NCBI GenBank assembly: GCA_951406725.2
Contig: OX597822.1
Coordinates: 90,706,001-90,770,000 of the forward strand
DNA length: 64,000 bases
DNA from: Octopus vulgaris
Taxonomy: Eukaryota
Direction: 5' to 3'
This document shows, in pieces, positions 1 through 12,240 of this stretch (positions are counted from its first letter, which is position 1; each line of letters starts with the position of its first letter). A program made the translations under genes and the position numbers. The notes under the pieces are model-generated. The model did no database searches. It saw only the letters and a list, made by a program, of their open reading frames with translations, and had not been told where the DNA came from.

Positions 1-955
1 GAAGGTTCCTTGAAGGCTTGTACTACTTTTATGTTGTCGGCATAGCTAGTAATTGTGGCTGTCTGTGTAACTGATGGCAAGTTTGAAAGAACCACCATGA
101 ACAGTAATGGTCCCAATACAGTTCCCTGAGGCACTCCCCTTTCTATTAATGTCTCTGTGGAGAGGGCTCCATTGGCTGCTACAGCTTGGCTTCAGTTGTT
201 TAAGAAATCATGCAACCACTCTCCAGTTTTCCCAGTTATGCTGAGTCTCCGTAGCTTGTGACATATCATCCCATGATCAACCTTATCAAAAGCCTTTGCA
301 AGGTCAAGATATACCACATCTACATTTGAGCGATTCATTGTTTCAACATCCAGTCATAGTGTTGCTAAAGCTGTGTAAGGCAGTTTTTGCCAGAGCCAAA
401 AGCCATACTGGGTGTCAGGAAGCAAGTCATTATCTTCAAGGAATGCAATTAGTTTCTCCCTGACAATGTGGTCCATGACTTTGCTGACATAGGAAGTTAG
501 AGAGACAGGTCTAGAATTCTTAGCATCTGCTCTGCTACCTCCCTTATAGATAGGGCATATTATGCCTTCCTTTTTGGGAAGTTTCTCAGTTGTGAGGAAG
601 CTTGGGAAGAGAATCTGAAGTGGTCTAGCTGGAGCCCTTTTGCATTTCTTCAGGAGGATTGCTGGAAATCTGTCAGGGCCTGTTGCTGAGTTTGAGCTCG
701 TCTCATTAATGGCTAATATCACATCAGTTTCTTCTATGCTAATGCTATCAATAATGCTATCATTTTGTTGTGTAGATCTGTGGAGCCAAAGAACTCATCA
801 GGCATAGCTACTTGCAAGTGTCCCATTGGAGTTATGAAAGCACTCTTGTATTGCATATTCAGTATTTCACAGATCCTCTGGGGGTCTGCAGTTAATGAGC
901 CATTTTCTTCAAGTTGTGGCCCTATTTTGTACCATACTGATGCAGCTTCCATCTA
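1..955 (-). mobile_element. Degenerate CR1/Jockey-group LINE ORF2 (reverse transcriptase) fragment, running off the window start
   Basis: Minus-strand translation gives PIYKGGSRADAKNSRPVSLTS..KVMDHIV..LLPDTQYGF, then GVPQGTVLGPLL (~105-140) and SYADNI (~30-47); frameshifts present. Confidence 0.85.
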
Positions 956-1725
956 ATTTCCTGGACCAATTGGTTTCTGATTTTAGTTTAGCAAGTAAAT
1001 AACTTTTACTCGCGTGGTGAAATTGTTTTCAACAGGGACACCTTAGATTTAAATATATAAACACGAGGCGATCAACTGTGTGCCTCTTGTTTATACATCC
1101 TAATTTTTTCAAATCTATTGCGCAGATGCATTCCTTTGCCGGCAATAAAAAATGCCAACTTTAAAAAAACTAAAATTATCCAAAAACTTATAATACCTAA
1201 TCACATCAAAGGGAAGTGGAAATTAATAGAAATTTTCATTTCCAATGGCCTAGCATGTAAAAGTTTAGTCCAAAGACTATGTATTAGTCATAAAATACAG
1301 TGTACATTTAAACACCATCCCCAACATACACCCTTTCATACAAATTATACCCCCCCACACACACATTACACACCACACGCTAATATAACCCCCCCCCTTC
1401 CCTACACACACACTCACGGCTTTATCCTTTACCAAAAGGAAACAGACCAACAAACACAGCTGTATATACCTACACACCCCGAAAAAAACTATACATATGA
1501 CACCGCCTCACACACACATTCCATCCCAATAGGAGCACCACATTAATAATACACACTTTGCTCACGTCAAGATAACTCTTACCGGCTTCACAGCATACCC
1601 AACCAAGGGACATAACTCCTACACTAATCCCCTTGGCCCCTTTTACCATTTTCATAGCAACCACTGACCCGGTTGTGCTAATTCACCTCCTACAGTAGAG
1701 AGCAGTCACCATATTCCCTTCAATA

Positions 1726-1820
1726 ACGGCTGACTTTGATGAGCTAAAGCTATATTATCGGTTTGCTATCTAACACTCCATTGTATTCTTTACGCGAAAC
1801 CGAATGGCAAGACCAGCCGT
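1726..1820 (+). ncRNA. Degenerate hammerhead-ribozyme-like motif, possibly from a Penelope-like element
   Basis: Stem I ACGGCTG/CAGCCGT, core TTGATGA (consensus CTGANGA), stem II GC-TAAAG...CTTTA-C-GC, GAAA, stem III CC/GG; two core positions deviate from consensus. Confidence 0.4.
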
Positions 1821-2013
1821 GATGGATATTTAATACTATACATTTCGGATAATATATATATATATATATATATCGGTCAGTATATATATAAACACGAGCA
1901 TGCATACACATAAGAACATACGCAGAGAGAGAGAGAGAGAGAGAGAGGTGGAAGGAGTTTAAGAAGAAGGTAATTTGCAGCCTGTGGCATATAAAAGGGC
2001 CCTAAATTTATTT

Positions 2014-2192
2014 GGGTGATCCTTCGGTATAGGTACCGTAAGTACTGGAAGTGGCTTTGTTTATATTTCTGAAGATAACAGAAACCCTTTTCTCCCACCC
2101 CTAACCGTAACCCCCCCCCCCATATATATATAAAAAAAATACTTTCTTGAAATGTATCGGGTACTTCCGGTACCTATACCGAAGTTACGCCC
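2014..2192. mobile_element. Small MITE with ~35-bp imperfect TIRs and an internal CCCTAAC
   Basis: GGGTGATCCTTCGGTATAGGTACCGTAAGTAC at the left is the inverted complement of GTACTTCCGGTACCTATACCGAAGTTACGCCC at the right; no clear TSD. Confidence 0.65.
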
Positions 2193-3699
2193 TAGCTTCT
2201 TTCGGTAATTTGGGGAGAAACTGAAGTTACCGATCTCTAATCAGTCTTTTATGAAAGGCGAACATAGTCGATTAGGTCTTCCTTCCAAGTTGCCTAAATC
2301 CCAATGAATATGATTCCTTATACATATCTAATGCAATTTCGCACCTTTCCTTGAAAAAGGCATTTTTAAACAAAAATACTTTTTTCGGATTCCTACGTTT
2401 TAGTTGTCGGAGATTCTGAATATGCAAGAAATCAGGTTTTCAAAAATTTAAAATTCAATCAGCATATAGTTATGTGTATATAAAGAGATAGATAGATAGA
2501 AATAAACGGATGGGGATAAATAGATAGACAAATAAATGGCTGAATAAGTCTTACGTTATTTAAGGCAAGTACAAGTAAAATGCAAATTGTTTGCATTTGT
2601 TCGTCAATTCACTACAATCTCTTCAAAGTAAAGAAAAGCAAAATTTTAAATTGGGGGTTGGCGGAGAGAAATCTAAAAACAAAATTCTTTTTGCATTTTC
2701 GTAATCTCCGACATCTAAAACGTAAGAATCCCCCAAAAATCATTTTTCAAGGAGAGGTGCGAAATTGCACTAGTCCCCTATATTACATTAGTAGACTTAT
2801 ATCTTTATTTAAATTTCAAGGGAGTGGATATTGCTTTCTTGTTTTGTCATTACGTGATCAATATGATCTTGTTGTGACTAGTTATAGCCAGTATGTTCTG
2901 GAAACTATGTCAGTGGAAAAACACTTTCTGTTTTTGAGCAAAAAATATAGTTTCGGTTTTTGCGGAAATACCGCTTGCTCTCGTGACAGCAGACCACTCC
3001 CTTTCGCTTGTGATTTTATTACAAGCACCTACCTATCAATTCTGATTTCTCCCTATCTCGCAATACACACACACACTCTCTCTCTCTTTCTTTTTTCCGT
3101 TTTCCTTTCCTTCCTTCTTTCTTTTCTCTCACTTTCCCCAAACTTTCTGTCTGCAAATAAACTACGTCTTCTCCACTTCATCTCCCATTTATTTCTGATA
3201 TTCCTTCGAGAAAAATCTATGTAGCCTTTTATTCTCACACCGCTACCTCCTCCCAACCGCCGCGATAAACACCACGTGATGAATACCACGCCCACTGCAA
3301 AGTTTCAATAATTTCATCAGAAAATTTACGGGTTTTCCCCTCTTTTACTTTTATCGAATATTTTTCTAGAAGATTCTAAGGCTTTTTTTTTTATCGTTAC
3401 GTGGTGCAATTATTGTTCACTACGTAGGAATTTGTCACAGTATAATGTAATCGGCAATATCATTTCACAAAGTAATGTTATTCACAATAAAATTATATAA
3501 TAAGGTTACATATTGTGAGGTACGTAGTGCAAGGCTCATCTCTAACAAGAAGGAATAAAAAAAAAAGAATTTCTGTATTTACGTATAAAGACTAGGTTGG
3601 TAGGAAGGCTAATTCAGGTATTATTAGATTAAGGTATGGATGTTAATTAAAACGAGGAATAACCGTTGAACATTGAATTTAAGAAAATACTTTTCTCAA

Positions 3700-3866
3700 A
3701 TTTTGGCTCAAGGCCGGCAGCTTTTTTGGGGTGTTGGGGTGGGTGTTAAGTTGATTAAATCGATCACTGTACTCAGCTGGTACTTGCTTTATTGATCCTG
3801 AAAGGATGAAAGGCAAAGTCAATCTCGGTGGAATTTGAACTCAGAATGAAAAGACAGACGAAATAC
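3700..3866 (-). mobile_element. SINE fragment (family A, Meta-domain-like)
   Basis: GAAAGGATGAAAGGCAAAGTC..GGAATTTGAACTCAGAA, matching the many other copies in the window. Confidence 0.75.
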
Positions 3867-4203
3867 TTAGTTTTAAAACAGGGTGATATTTTTACCTCAC
3901 CTTGTTTCAATACTTAGCCTAATTTCATCATGATGATATAATAATAATAATAATAATGAAATTATTGTATACAGTGCTCAGGTGCACCACAAATGTAAAT
4001 GTAAATAATGTAAATGTAAATAATATGTAAATAATCAGTTTATTAGATGCAGTTTGAAAACTAATTTCCAATAAGCTCACATTGATTTTATTCAATTTGA
4101 GAAATATTAACAGATTTTGCAAAAGTGGGTCCCAAGTGAAGCTTAATAAACATGAAATTACTCACATGGTTAATTAACTGTTATAATTCTTATAAAGTTG
4201 GAT

Positions 4204-5335
4204 TGTTATAATGCTCACTTTGGTATACAGTATTCTAAGTAAAACTAGTAAAGACTCAACTATCTCTGACCGCCTACTACGTATTTCTGTACTTCACGTA
4301 CTTCTCCTTATTCACAGTGACTAGGTTATTCCATTCGTCACGTGGGAAGGGTGTACCATTATTACTAATTACCTACCTCTCCCCTTTTAAGTTTTTCTGA
4401 GCAAGTGTCATTTTATTTAGCAATAATTTTTTTATTCCCCCACCTCCCTTTTTTTGAGTTTTTTGCGTACAATTTATTACGATTGACATCTATTTTCAGG
4501 AACTTTATATGTCTTTTTTCCTCTCATTTGTATGCCTGGGTTCAATCACCTGCAGTGGCATTGGTACTTGGAATGTATCGTACAACGGTTCCTCCAACTT
4601 CTTTGGTTCGCTTTCCACAAATTTCTTTTTCAGTTGGTTCCTGTGTCTCTTTTGTATGCGTTTTCTACTTTTTACCCAATACATCATTTTTACCTTTGCA
4701 TTTGGTAATGCATCTTCCCAACTCTGCTTTCCATTCTTGTATCCCTTCATATACACCTTTTCACCAAATTTAAAGAATCTTGCTATGTCATCCCCGACAC
4801 TTTTTCTTTCCTTGCCAGGTAGCAACTTATCAAACACTGATTTTACTTTCCTTGCAAACATCAGCTCCACTGGTGAGCTACCTGCTGATGTATTTGGATT
4901 TGGTGTCACACAGCACACTCTTAAAAATTGTTGTAGAGCTACCTCATCCCTAACTTCCATATTTGATTTTCTAAGGGCTCTTTTGAATGTATCGACAAAG
5001 CATTCTGCCTGTCCATTAGATCTGGGATAGTAGGGTGCTGTAGTTATATGTTCTACTGTGAACGTTTCACAAAATTTTAAAAATTTGCTAGACACAAATT
5101 GTGTTCTATTGTCAGAGACTATTTTGTCTGGGATGCCAAATCTTGCTAACACTTCATGTAAAAAATTTATCACAGCTGAAGAGGTTGGTCTTTTTTACAC
5201 TTGCATAGTTCAGGTCATTTTGAGAAACTATCAACTACCACTGAGTAGTATGAACCATTTAGAGGACCAGCGAAATCGATGTGTAGTCTCAACCATGGAA
5301 CATCTACTTTTAAACAATGTTTACTTTTTATTGTG
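4204..5335 (-). mobile_element. Ty3/Gypsy (K02A2.6/Mag-like) 3' fragment: integrase core, PPT and probable 3' LTR
   Basis: ORF 4505-5173: FGIPDKIVSDN.TQF..TTAPYYPRSNGQAECFVDTFKRAL (DDE integrase); polypurine tract AAAAGGGGAGAGG at ~4376-4388 (minus), LTR-like segment to its left. Confidence 0.85.
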
Positions 5336-6277
5336 GGCAACTTTTCATTTTGTTTTGGCTTACTTACCAGTGTTCCACTCTTTACTGCAATTTTTTGTTT
5401 CAGTCCCTCAGCTGCATTCGAACCTTTAACTGAACCGACTATATTTCTAGAAGCTGATCCAAATTGATTTCCATTGTATTTTCTGCATCATTTCAGTTTA
5501 ATTGGATAAGTCCAAGAAAAGACTTGTTAAAAAATTATTGTCATCTAAAAATAAATATCAATATAATAAAATGTTTCTATCATTTCTTCTTGATATGCAT
5601 GATCTTTAGAAAAAAACCCCCCAAAAACTGTATTTGACTTTGTGAATAGTCTTCTAGGATTCATTTCCACAATACTGAGATGTGAAGATAAAACTTGTCC
5701 AACAATCTTAATAACCCAAAAAATTTTTGATATTAATTTCCTTTTCTTGTCTAAGGATTCCTTGTCACCTTGCAAGCAATGTTTTGTGTTGCTAAACTTT
5801 TATGCAATGGAGAATTCTCTTAAGAAGCTCTCATAATTTTTAATGTAATATGCCTGAAATTTCCTTATTTTCCAAAAGATTTCTATGATCTTTTACTTAT
5901 TTTGAATTTACTTCAAACCTGAATAGACATTTCTATCTGCAGGGCATCTAAGAAAATTTTACTTTTTAAAATATTTTTTTCAAACTCAACAGAGCCTAGA
6001 TCGGATGCTGGATCAACTCTGTTATAGGTTGTGTTGTGCTTTCCCACTTTTCAATATTCCAAGTTTTGTAGGGTGAGGTTAGAGGCACAATGAGTAATAT
6101 TTACTGCACTTTTGACTTTGAGAAAAAAAAAAATTTTTATAAATCTACTACTTTACAAAAATTATGTCATTTAAACAAATTACCTTTTCTAAATTCTTTA
6201 AAAACACTATAACATATTCAGAATACTATTTCAGAAAATTATCTCCATTCTCTTTGAGCATACAAAAGACAAATTTA

Positions 6278-6970
6278 GGTGGGGCAAAATGCATAAGATA
6301 AAATAAGATAAATTTGCCTTTTCAATTCTCCAGAATTATATTTGAAAAAAAGACTCATACACATCAATATCCATACTTAGACATCAAAAAAGATCATATA
6401 TGCAACAAAAATTTTTAATATCTTAGTCAAATTGAAGAGGATCATGGAAAAGTAGCATATGCTATGAAACTTAATGAAACTCAACTAAACTCACCATCAA
6501 ATATTTTCTATAGCTTCTTTGTGATGTGCTGGAGTAATTCTCTTTCTGACATATTTACACATCATGCAGCTGAAGGAAAGAAATTATTGAAATTAATCAT
6601 TACTCGTTTTGCCCCACTTTAGACTCCTTTTTTGAAAAATTGAAAATTATGAAATTAGACATTAATGTGGGGCAAAATTTACTTGGAATCTAATTGAGGA
6701 ATGTATATTTATTGTTAAACACCAAAAATTATCCAGGTATTTTATAAGCAATCTGAATTAGAATTGGGTCAGAAGTGGAACAATTTCTTGAAAAAAAAAA
6801 AAAAAAACCCACCTGACTATGTTTCAAACTCTCTCAACTTCAACAACAACAACTCCCAAAGATGGTGCAACAGTACAAAATGATGATGCAATACTTGCAA
6901 TGTAATGGTTTCAGACATGTTGAGAGAAAATAGCAAGAAATCAGAAATTGCCTATTTTGCCTAACCCACC
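6278..6970. mobile_element. MITE with TTA target duplication (PIF/Harbinger- or Zator-like)
   Basis: TTA|GGTGGGGCAAAAT ... ATTTTGCCTAACCCACC|TTA; a related partial copy lies inverted at ~62875-63285. Confidence 0.7.
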
Positions 6971-7193
6971 TTATTTTCTGCTTCTTTGAAAGAAACAGCT
7001 GGTCCTTGAAAGAAGCTTAATTCTCCACCTGATACATTGATGGGCTGGTCTACACTTATTTCTAATGCAGTTAACGCTAATGAAAGTCTAGGTTGCTTAA
7101 GGAATGACATAAAACCACTTGATATTTTCAGCTTCTGTTTCTTTCATTTTTCTTTTATGTTTGGCTTCTGTGGTACACAATTACATTACAAAT

Positions 7194-7497
7194 TGTGGAG
7201 GCACATGGCCTAGTGGTTAGAGCAGTGGACTTGCGGTCGAGGGACCGCAGGTTCGAATCTCAGACCAGGCGATGTGTGTGTTTATGAGCGAAAACACCTA
7301 AGCTCCATGCGGCTCCGGCAGAAGGTAATGGCGAACTTCTGCTGACTCTTTCGCCACAACTTTATCTCACTCTTTCCTCCTGCATCTTGCAGCTCACCTG
7401 TAATGGACCGGCCTCCCGTCCAGGTGAGGAGCCTATACGCCAAGAAACCAGGAAACCGGCCCTTATGAGCCAGGTATGGCTCGAGAAGGAACAAGCA
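7194..7497 (+). mobile_element. Full-length tRNA-derived SINE (V-domain-like body) with 15-bp TSD
   Basis: Pol III A box TGGCCTAGTGG and B box GGTTCGAATCT; TSD AATTACATTACAAAT at 7179-7193 and 7498-7512. Confidence 0.9.
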
Positions 7498-8987
7498 AAT
7501 TACATTACAAATATGTTTACCAATACAACAGGAATTATTCTGATTCCTGTAAGAAATTTACCCTACATTCCAGTATGGCTTTTTAAAGTCAACTTATTTC
7601 TCACACAAAATCTCAGTGACTCATACATTCTGTTCAATGGAGCTTAATTTTTCCAAATACACCTCCTTTACTTTATTATTAGATCAATTTTATAATCTAT
7701 CAGTCGAATACTTAAGTTACATGTTATATGTAACCTCTGTTTAATTTTTTCATTTCCATATTTTGCATACTAGCCTTCTTAAATATGCTTAAAATTAGAT
7801 TTGAGTTTGCACAACTATTAGCATTCTCCTGTTTTACAGATTTCTCATGATCATTTAGAGTTGATTAACTCATATCTGTTTCACACATGATACTTGCATG
7901 CTGTATCATTCTTCTTCTGTATAAGCTTCTGTAGCTTTTGTAAAATGAAACAATGGAAAGAGTTGTGAGTCTTTTTCCTGAGGGAGAGGTGAGCCATCAG
8001 ATATTCATGAGTCCTGGACTATTGCATTGGTTGAACCACAATCACTTTTACCAAGGATTAATAAATAAATGGCAACTACATAGATGTATTTTAATTGAAG
8101 AGTTCTTTTGTTAACGTGTCATCTGTTAAAAATTATACAGTCAAGCAAGTAGCTTCATACTATAATACTTTCCAAATGAAAGTAAATCTATTGGATCAGT
8201 GTTGTTCTGTTATGCTGAAATCAGACCATCAAGTAAAGTAATAAATATGTCTAAAACTTTTTGCTTTAGACTTTCATTTCTCAGATAACCATGATGTGTG
8301 ACATACACAGACATGTGTACAGAAATCTCTGTGGGTTTCAACGATGACTGATTCCACCATTCTGCCAACAGAATACAGGTATACTCATTGAAATAGTACA
8401 TAAGTAGGTAAATATTCCACAGATTACATGTAACCAGCATGACAAAATGTGAGACAAAGCTGATCGTTTGAATTCTAGTTACTCTCTACCTGGTGGTCCA
8501 CCAAACAAGTTTCCATTTACTGAATTTCACTTGTAATGTTTGGATCTACCTTGTATCATTGAACTGTGTCATTCATAAAATTGCTTACATTTTTAACAAA
8601 TAGTTTTATGGTACCACCTTTCGACCATGGATGATCATGGGATTGCACCTAGAAAGTTACTCCCCGAGGCACAAGTCCAAGCAAGGTTGTTTAGGGAAGA
8701 CTAACAGTCACCTATGCATACCAGCCTCCCTTCTCCATGCCACTGATGTTATCCAAGGGAAAGGCATATATATATATATATATGACAAACAAGTAAAAGA
8801 TAAAAGTTATATATATATATAATATATGCCTATATAAATTTATAGACACACACATATATACACACTCATACACATATGGGGAAAGTCTGACAATTAGATG
8901 TTTTCTTGTAGATAACAGCATTATTAGTGGGTACCAACTGAAGTATCCAGTTAATGGCAAGGTTGGACATCGATTTAAAAGTTTCTA

Positions 8988-9165
8988 ACTTAGGTACAAA
9001 GCTAGCATTTTTAAGGGAAGTGAAGTGGTTGATACTATGAACTCCAGTATTTGACTTGGTATTTATTTTATGGACCCCAAAAGGATGAAAAGCAGAGTTG
9101 ACATCAGGGTATGGTTGTTTAACTCAGAACGTAAGGAGTCGGAGCAAAAATGCAAAGCATTTTCC
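8988..9165 (-). mobile_element. Diverged SINE family A copy
   Basis: GACCCCAAAAGGATGAAAAGCAGAGTTGAC..TTTAACTCAGAACGTA, similar to the other copies. Confidence 0.65.
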
Positions 9166-10145
9166 CGACTCTCCATTTAGTTCACGTATTTCTTTTTACA
9201 CAGTATGTATTGAGCCTTCAATAGCCGCCTTTCTCTCTCTTTCCCTTCGTATTGCTGATGAATTGAAATGTACAGGCATATATGTATGACCGACGATATA
9301 AAAGCAAACACGCTTAGAAAATTAACTCAGCATATTATATTATCCAACCCGATATGACGTATACCTTAGAACGTTTAATATTTCACAAATCTTAAGCGAC
9401 TCATTTGTTGTGGATCAGACTATGCTATCCTCAACGTAGAAACAGACACGTGGCGTTTTATGAATCATATCACCTGATGGTGGTGAGAGTTTATACATTA
9501 AAAGTTTGTCTGTCGATTCTGGGTCGTGACCCGATTTCAATCTCTGTAACAGCACTTAAGCGTCACAACTGCATATATGCCGACCAATAAAAAATCTCAG
9601 GCATGCCCTTTATGTAAGAAATACAGTAATATTACGTCAGAATACTAGAATCGAACAAGCAACAAATTAAGAAATGAAAATAGAAAATATCGGAAGTAAC
9701 AATAGTACTAATACGATGGTGGTGGATAATGTACAATAAACATCATCACTTCACTTGCATTATCATTTCATTACATGCGTTTACTGCCCAAGTAACCGAA
9801 CGCATTTCTATACTTCTTAGGCGCATGAAGTAATTTTCTTTTGCATCTAAAGTTCTATTTCATATGTGTCCAGTAACTAGTGTTATTGGTATGTTATCGT
9901 TGTTTAGCTTCAGTTCAACTTTGGCTGAGCAGACCTATGTCAAAGGCTCTTCCGCCACAGCGGCCTCATTTTTTTTTCTTTTTACTTGGTTACTTCATAT
10001 CTTGGGCTATATTATTCCATGTTTTCCTTCCCTTTTCAAGAGAATAAGGTGTAATTTAAGAAATAGTTGACAGTTATTTTTAGTTGGTCAAACAACAACC
10101 TTAAGTTTCCTTCTTTGGTTTATTTTCTGTATGTTGTACATGCAA

Positions 10146-10800
10146 GGGATCTTTTCGGTTTGAACGGCAGTTTTTAACATAATTTCTAGGTAACTAAAAA
10201 ATTTCAAACTTCGTATACTGGTAGAATGTGTTTATAAAACATCTTTTTCTCTTGGCTTTATTGAGAAAATTCTATAGTTTGTAAGATATTTGTTGTATTT
10301 TTTCTTCAATTTCTGCAATTTCAACCAATCAGTGACGTCTATTGAGTTAAAAAGCATTCTGTGCCGTATGAATATGTCCCTCATTTAAGAAACAGATTGG
10401 GTTTATTTACATTTCTGAAGGAAAAAAGATACCCTTCCCCCACCCCTAACCCTAACCCTAACCCTAAAAGAGATTGAAATGCAATAGATCGATACTAGGG
10501 TCATAATTATGGGTGACAATTTCATATGACACCGCTAGAAAAAACTGCCGTTCAAACCGAAAAGATCCCGTTATTGTTGTTTAGTTCAACGTCAGCTCTA
10601 CTCAAGCAGACTTATGAACAAAACGTTTCAGCCATGACCATCGCGACTATTTTCGTACAAACCATCGAGGACTACGTTCAATGGTGTCGTTCCGTAGCAG
10701 GATGAGCAACCATATAGAGACCGACTCGTTCATCGACATGGCGATAGTTACGACGATGAGCTGTTAACATCTCTAACCTCACCTTCAACGAAAAGATCCC
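10146..10800. mobile_element. Telomere-repeat MITE copy 1 (10146-10569) plus ~220 bp captured flank plus a second terminal fragment; 6-bp TSD
   Basis: TIR GGGATCTTTTCGGTTTGAACGGCAGTTTTT; internal (CCCTAA)n at ~10443-10467; TSD ATGCAA at 10140-10145 and 10801-10806. Confidence 0.9.
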
Positions 10801-11394
10801 ATGCAACTCCTGCAATTGGGCTTGTAAATTTATCTGCATCTTCATTTTTATCTCTTCACTATTATTGACATTTTCCGTTTGAGTCCTCCCATTCTGGATA
10901 TTTCTGTTAATATTTGGATTGTTCAAGGTGGAGAGCTGGCAGAAACGTTCGTAATCCGGGCGAAAGGGCGGGGTGCAAGGAAGCATTACCTCGAATTTTC
11001 AAAAGGTTTCTATATGAAACCACGCATAAATTAACATTTCCTATAGGAAACATTGGTTTATGTGTGGCAGGCTGTGCGGTCCATCGACGAGGGCAGAGCA
11101 TGGAAGCGTTTGCATGGTTGTTAAGTCCAAGGACAAGGCGACGACACAATAGATAAGGAAAAATATGAGGATCATAGCCAGAGATATTGGTAGTGATGTT
11201 GACTCTTGGTTTGCCGTCACTTTTGGAGCCCTGCACGGCGGTGATACAGAGATGACCTGCAATAGCATATGAATGGGCGGGGTTGGCATGAAAATTCAGG
11301 TTCTGATTACTCTGACAGCCCCAATACTATCTCGGAGTTGTATTCCATTAAGCAAGTAATCAAAATAGTTCTGACGTGCAAAAGGGCACGGTAA

Positions 11395-11545
11395 AGGCTA
11401 CGTTCAAAGTTAAAATTCCATCGGGGTCAACTTTGCCTTTCATCCTTTCTGGGTCGATGAAATAAGTACCAGTTACGCACTGGGGTCGATATAATCAACT
11501 AGTCCCTTCCCCCAAATTTCAGGCCTTGTCTATTCAAGTTTGAAG
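11395..11545 (+). mobile_element. SINE family A body; head displaced to ~10928-10968 by an intervening unknown segment
   Basis: CTTTGCCTTTCATCCTTTCTGGGTCGATGAAATAAGTACCAG; head GAGCTGGCAGAAACGTT upstream. Confidence 0.65.
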
Positions 11546-11624
11546 TAATTTCAAAATAAGTAAAATCTTTTGGAAAATAAGGAAATTTCAGGCATAAACT
11601 ATATAAAAAAAAGTAGAAAAAAAT

Positions 11625-11906
11625 GATTATTATATGTTTGACTTTTGCTTTGTATTTGTACAAGTTGGCTCCAAGTCTCACCCAGAGACCTCAAAGACAA
11701 CATGTTAGAAGTTCATGTTGGTGTTATGCCTAGGGTGTCATATATTTGGTTTTGCACATAGTATTGTTCTAGAGAATGTTTAAGAAAGCATAAGAAAATT
11801 ATGAGTTTGTGTTAAAATTTGAGATAACGTAGACAGCATTTTACATAGGATATGGACAGTTCTTTTGAATTTCTGCCATTTTGAGGTTTCCTGGTATCTG
11901 AGCTAT
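11625..11906 (-). mobile_element. R4/Dong-like LINE 3' end and 3' UTR
   Basis: Minus strand reads IAQIPGNLKMAEIQK, homologous to LDNIPGEPCHKEIQK at ~33900. Confidence 0.55.
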
Positions 11907-12040
11907 CCCCTCCCCCAAAATTGCTGCCCTTGTGGCAAAATTTGAACCTATTATTATTATTATTTTTATTATTATTATCATTATTATTATTATTATTATT
12001 ATTCAGGCTTTGTGTCTTTAGTAGAAAGGATTATTATAAA

Positions 12041-12240
12041 GGCGGCGAGCAGGCAGAATCGTTACAGTACCAGGCAAAATGCTTAGCAGCATTTCGTCTG
12101 TCTCTGTATTCTGAGTTCGAATTCCGCTGAGGTCGACATTGCCTTTCATCCTTTCGGGATCGATAAAAATAAGTACCAGTTGAACACTGGGGTCGATGTA
12201 AACCCCTTCCCCAAAATTGTGCCAAAATTTGAAAGCATTA
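12041..12240 (+). mobile_element. SINE family A, full length
   Basis: Head GGCGGCGAGCAGGCAGAATCG, B box GAGTTCGAATTCC, GCCTTTCATCCTTTCGGGATCGATAAA. Confidence 0.8.

Larger units (their letters stand above)
5340..8605 (-). pseudogene. Candidate long decayed coding region of unknown identity, interrupted by a MITE and a SINE
   Basis: Long stretches read in one frame with sparse stops; the frame stays open across the MITE site once the MITE and one TTA are removed (..FQGPAVSFKEAEN|KFVFCMLKENGDNFLK..). No family recognised. Confidence 0.35.

Noticed and set aside
2580-3224. 214-aa ORF
   Set aside because: No motif, ends in a (CT)-rich tract, no supporting splice structure.
7194-7270. tRNA gene
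   Set aside because: It is the head of a SINE with body, tail and TSD; no complete cloverleaf or oligo-T terminator.
10443-10467. Telomere or chromosome-fusion scar
   Set aside because: Short (CCCTAA)n lies at the same internal position in all three MITE copies.
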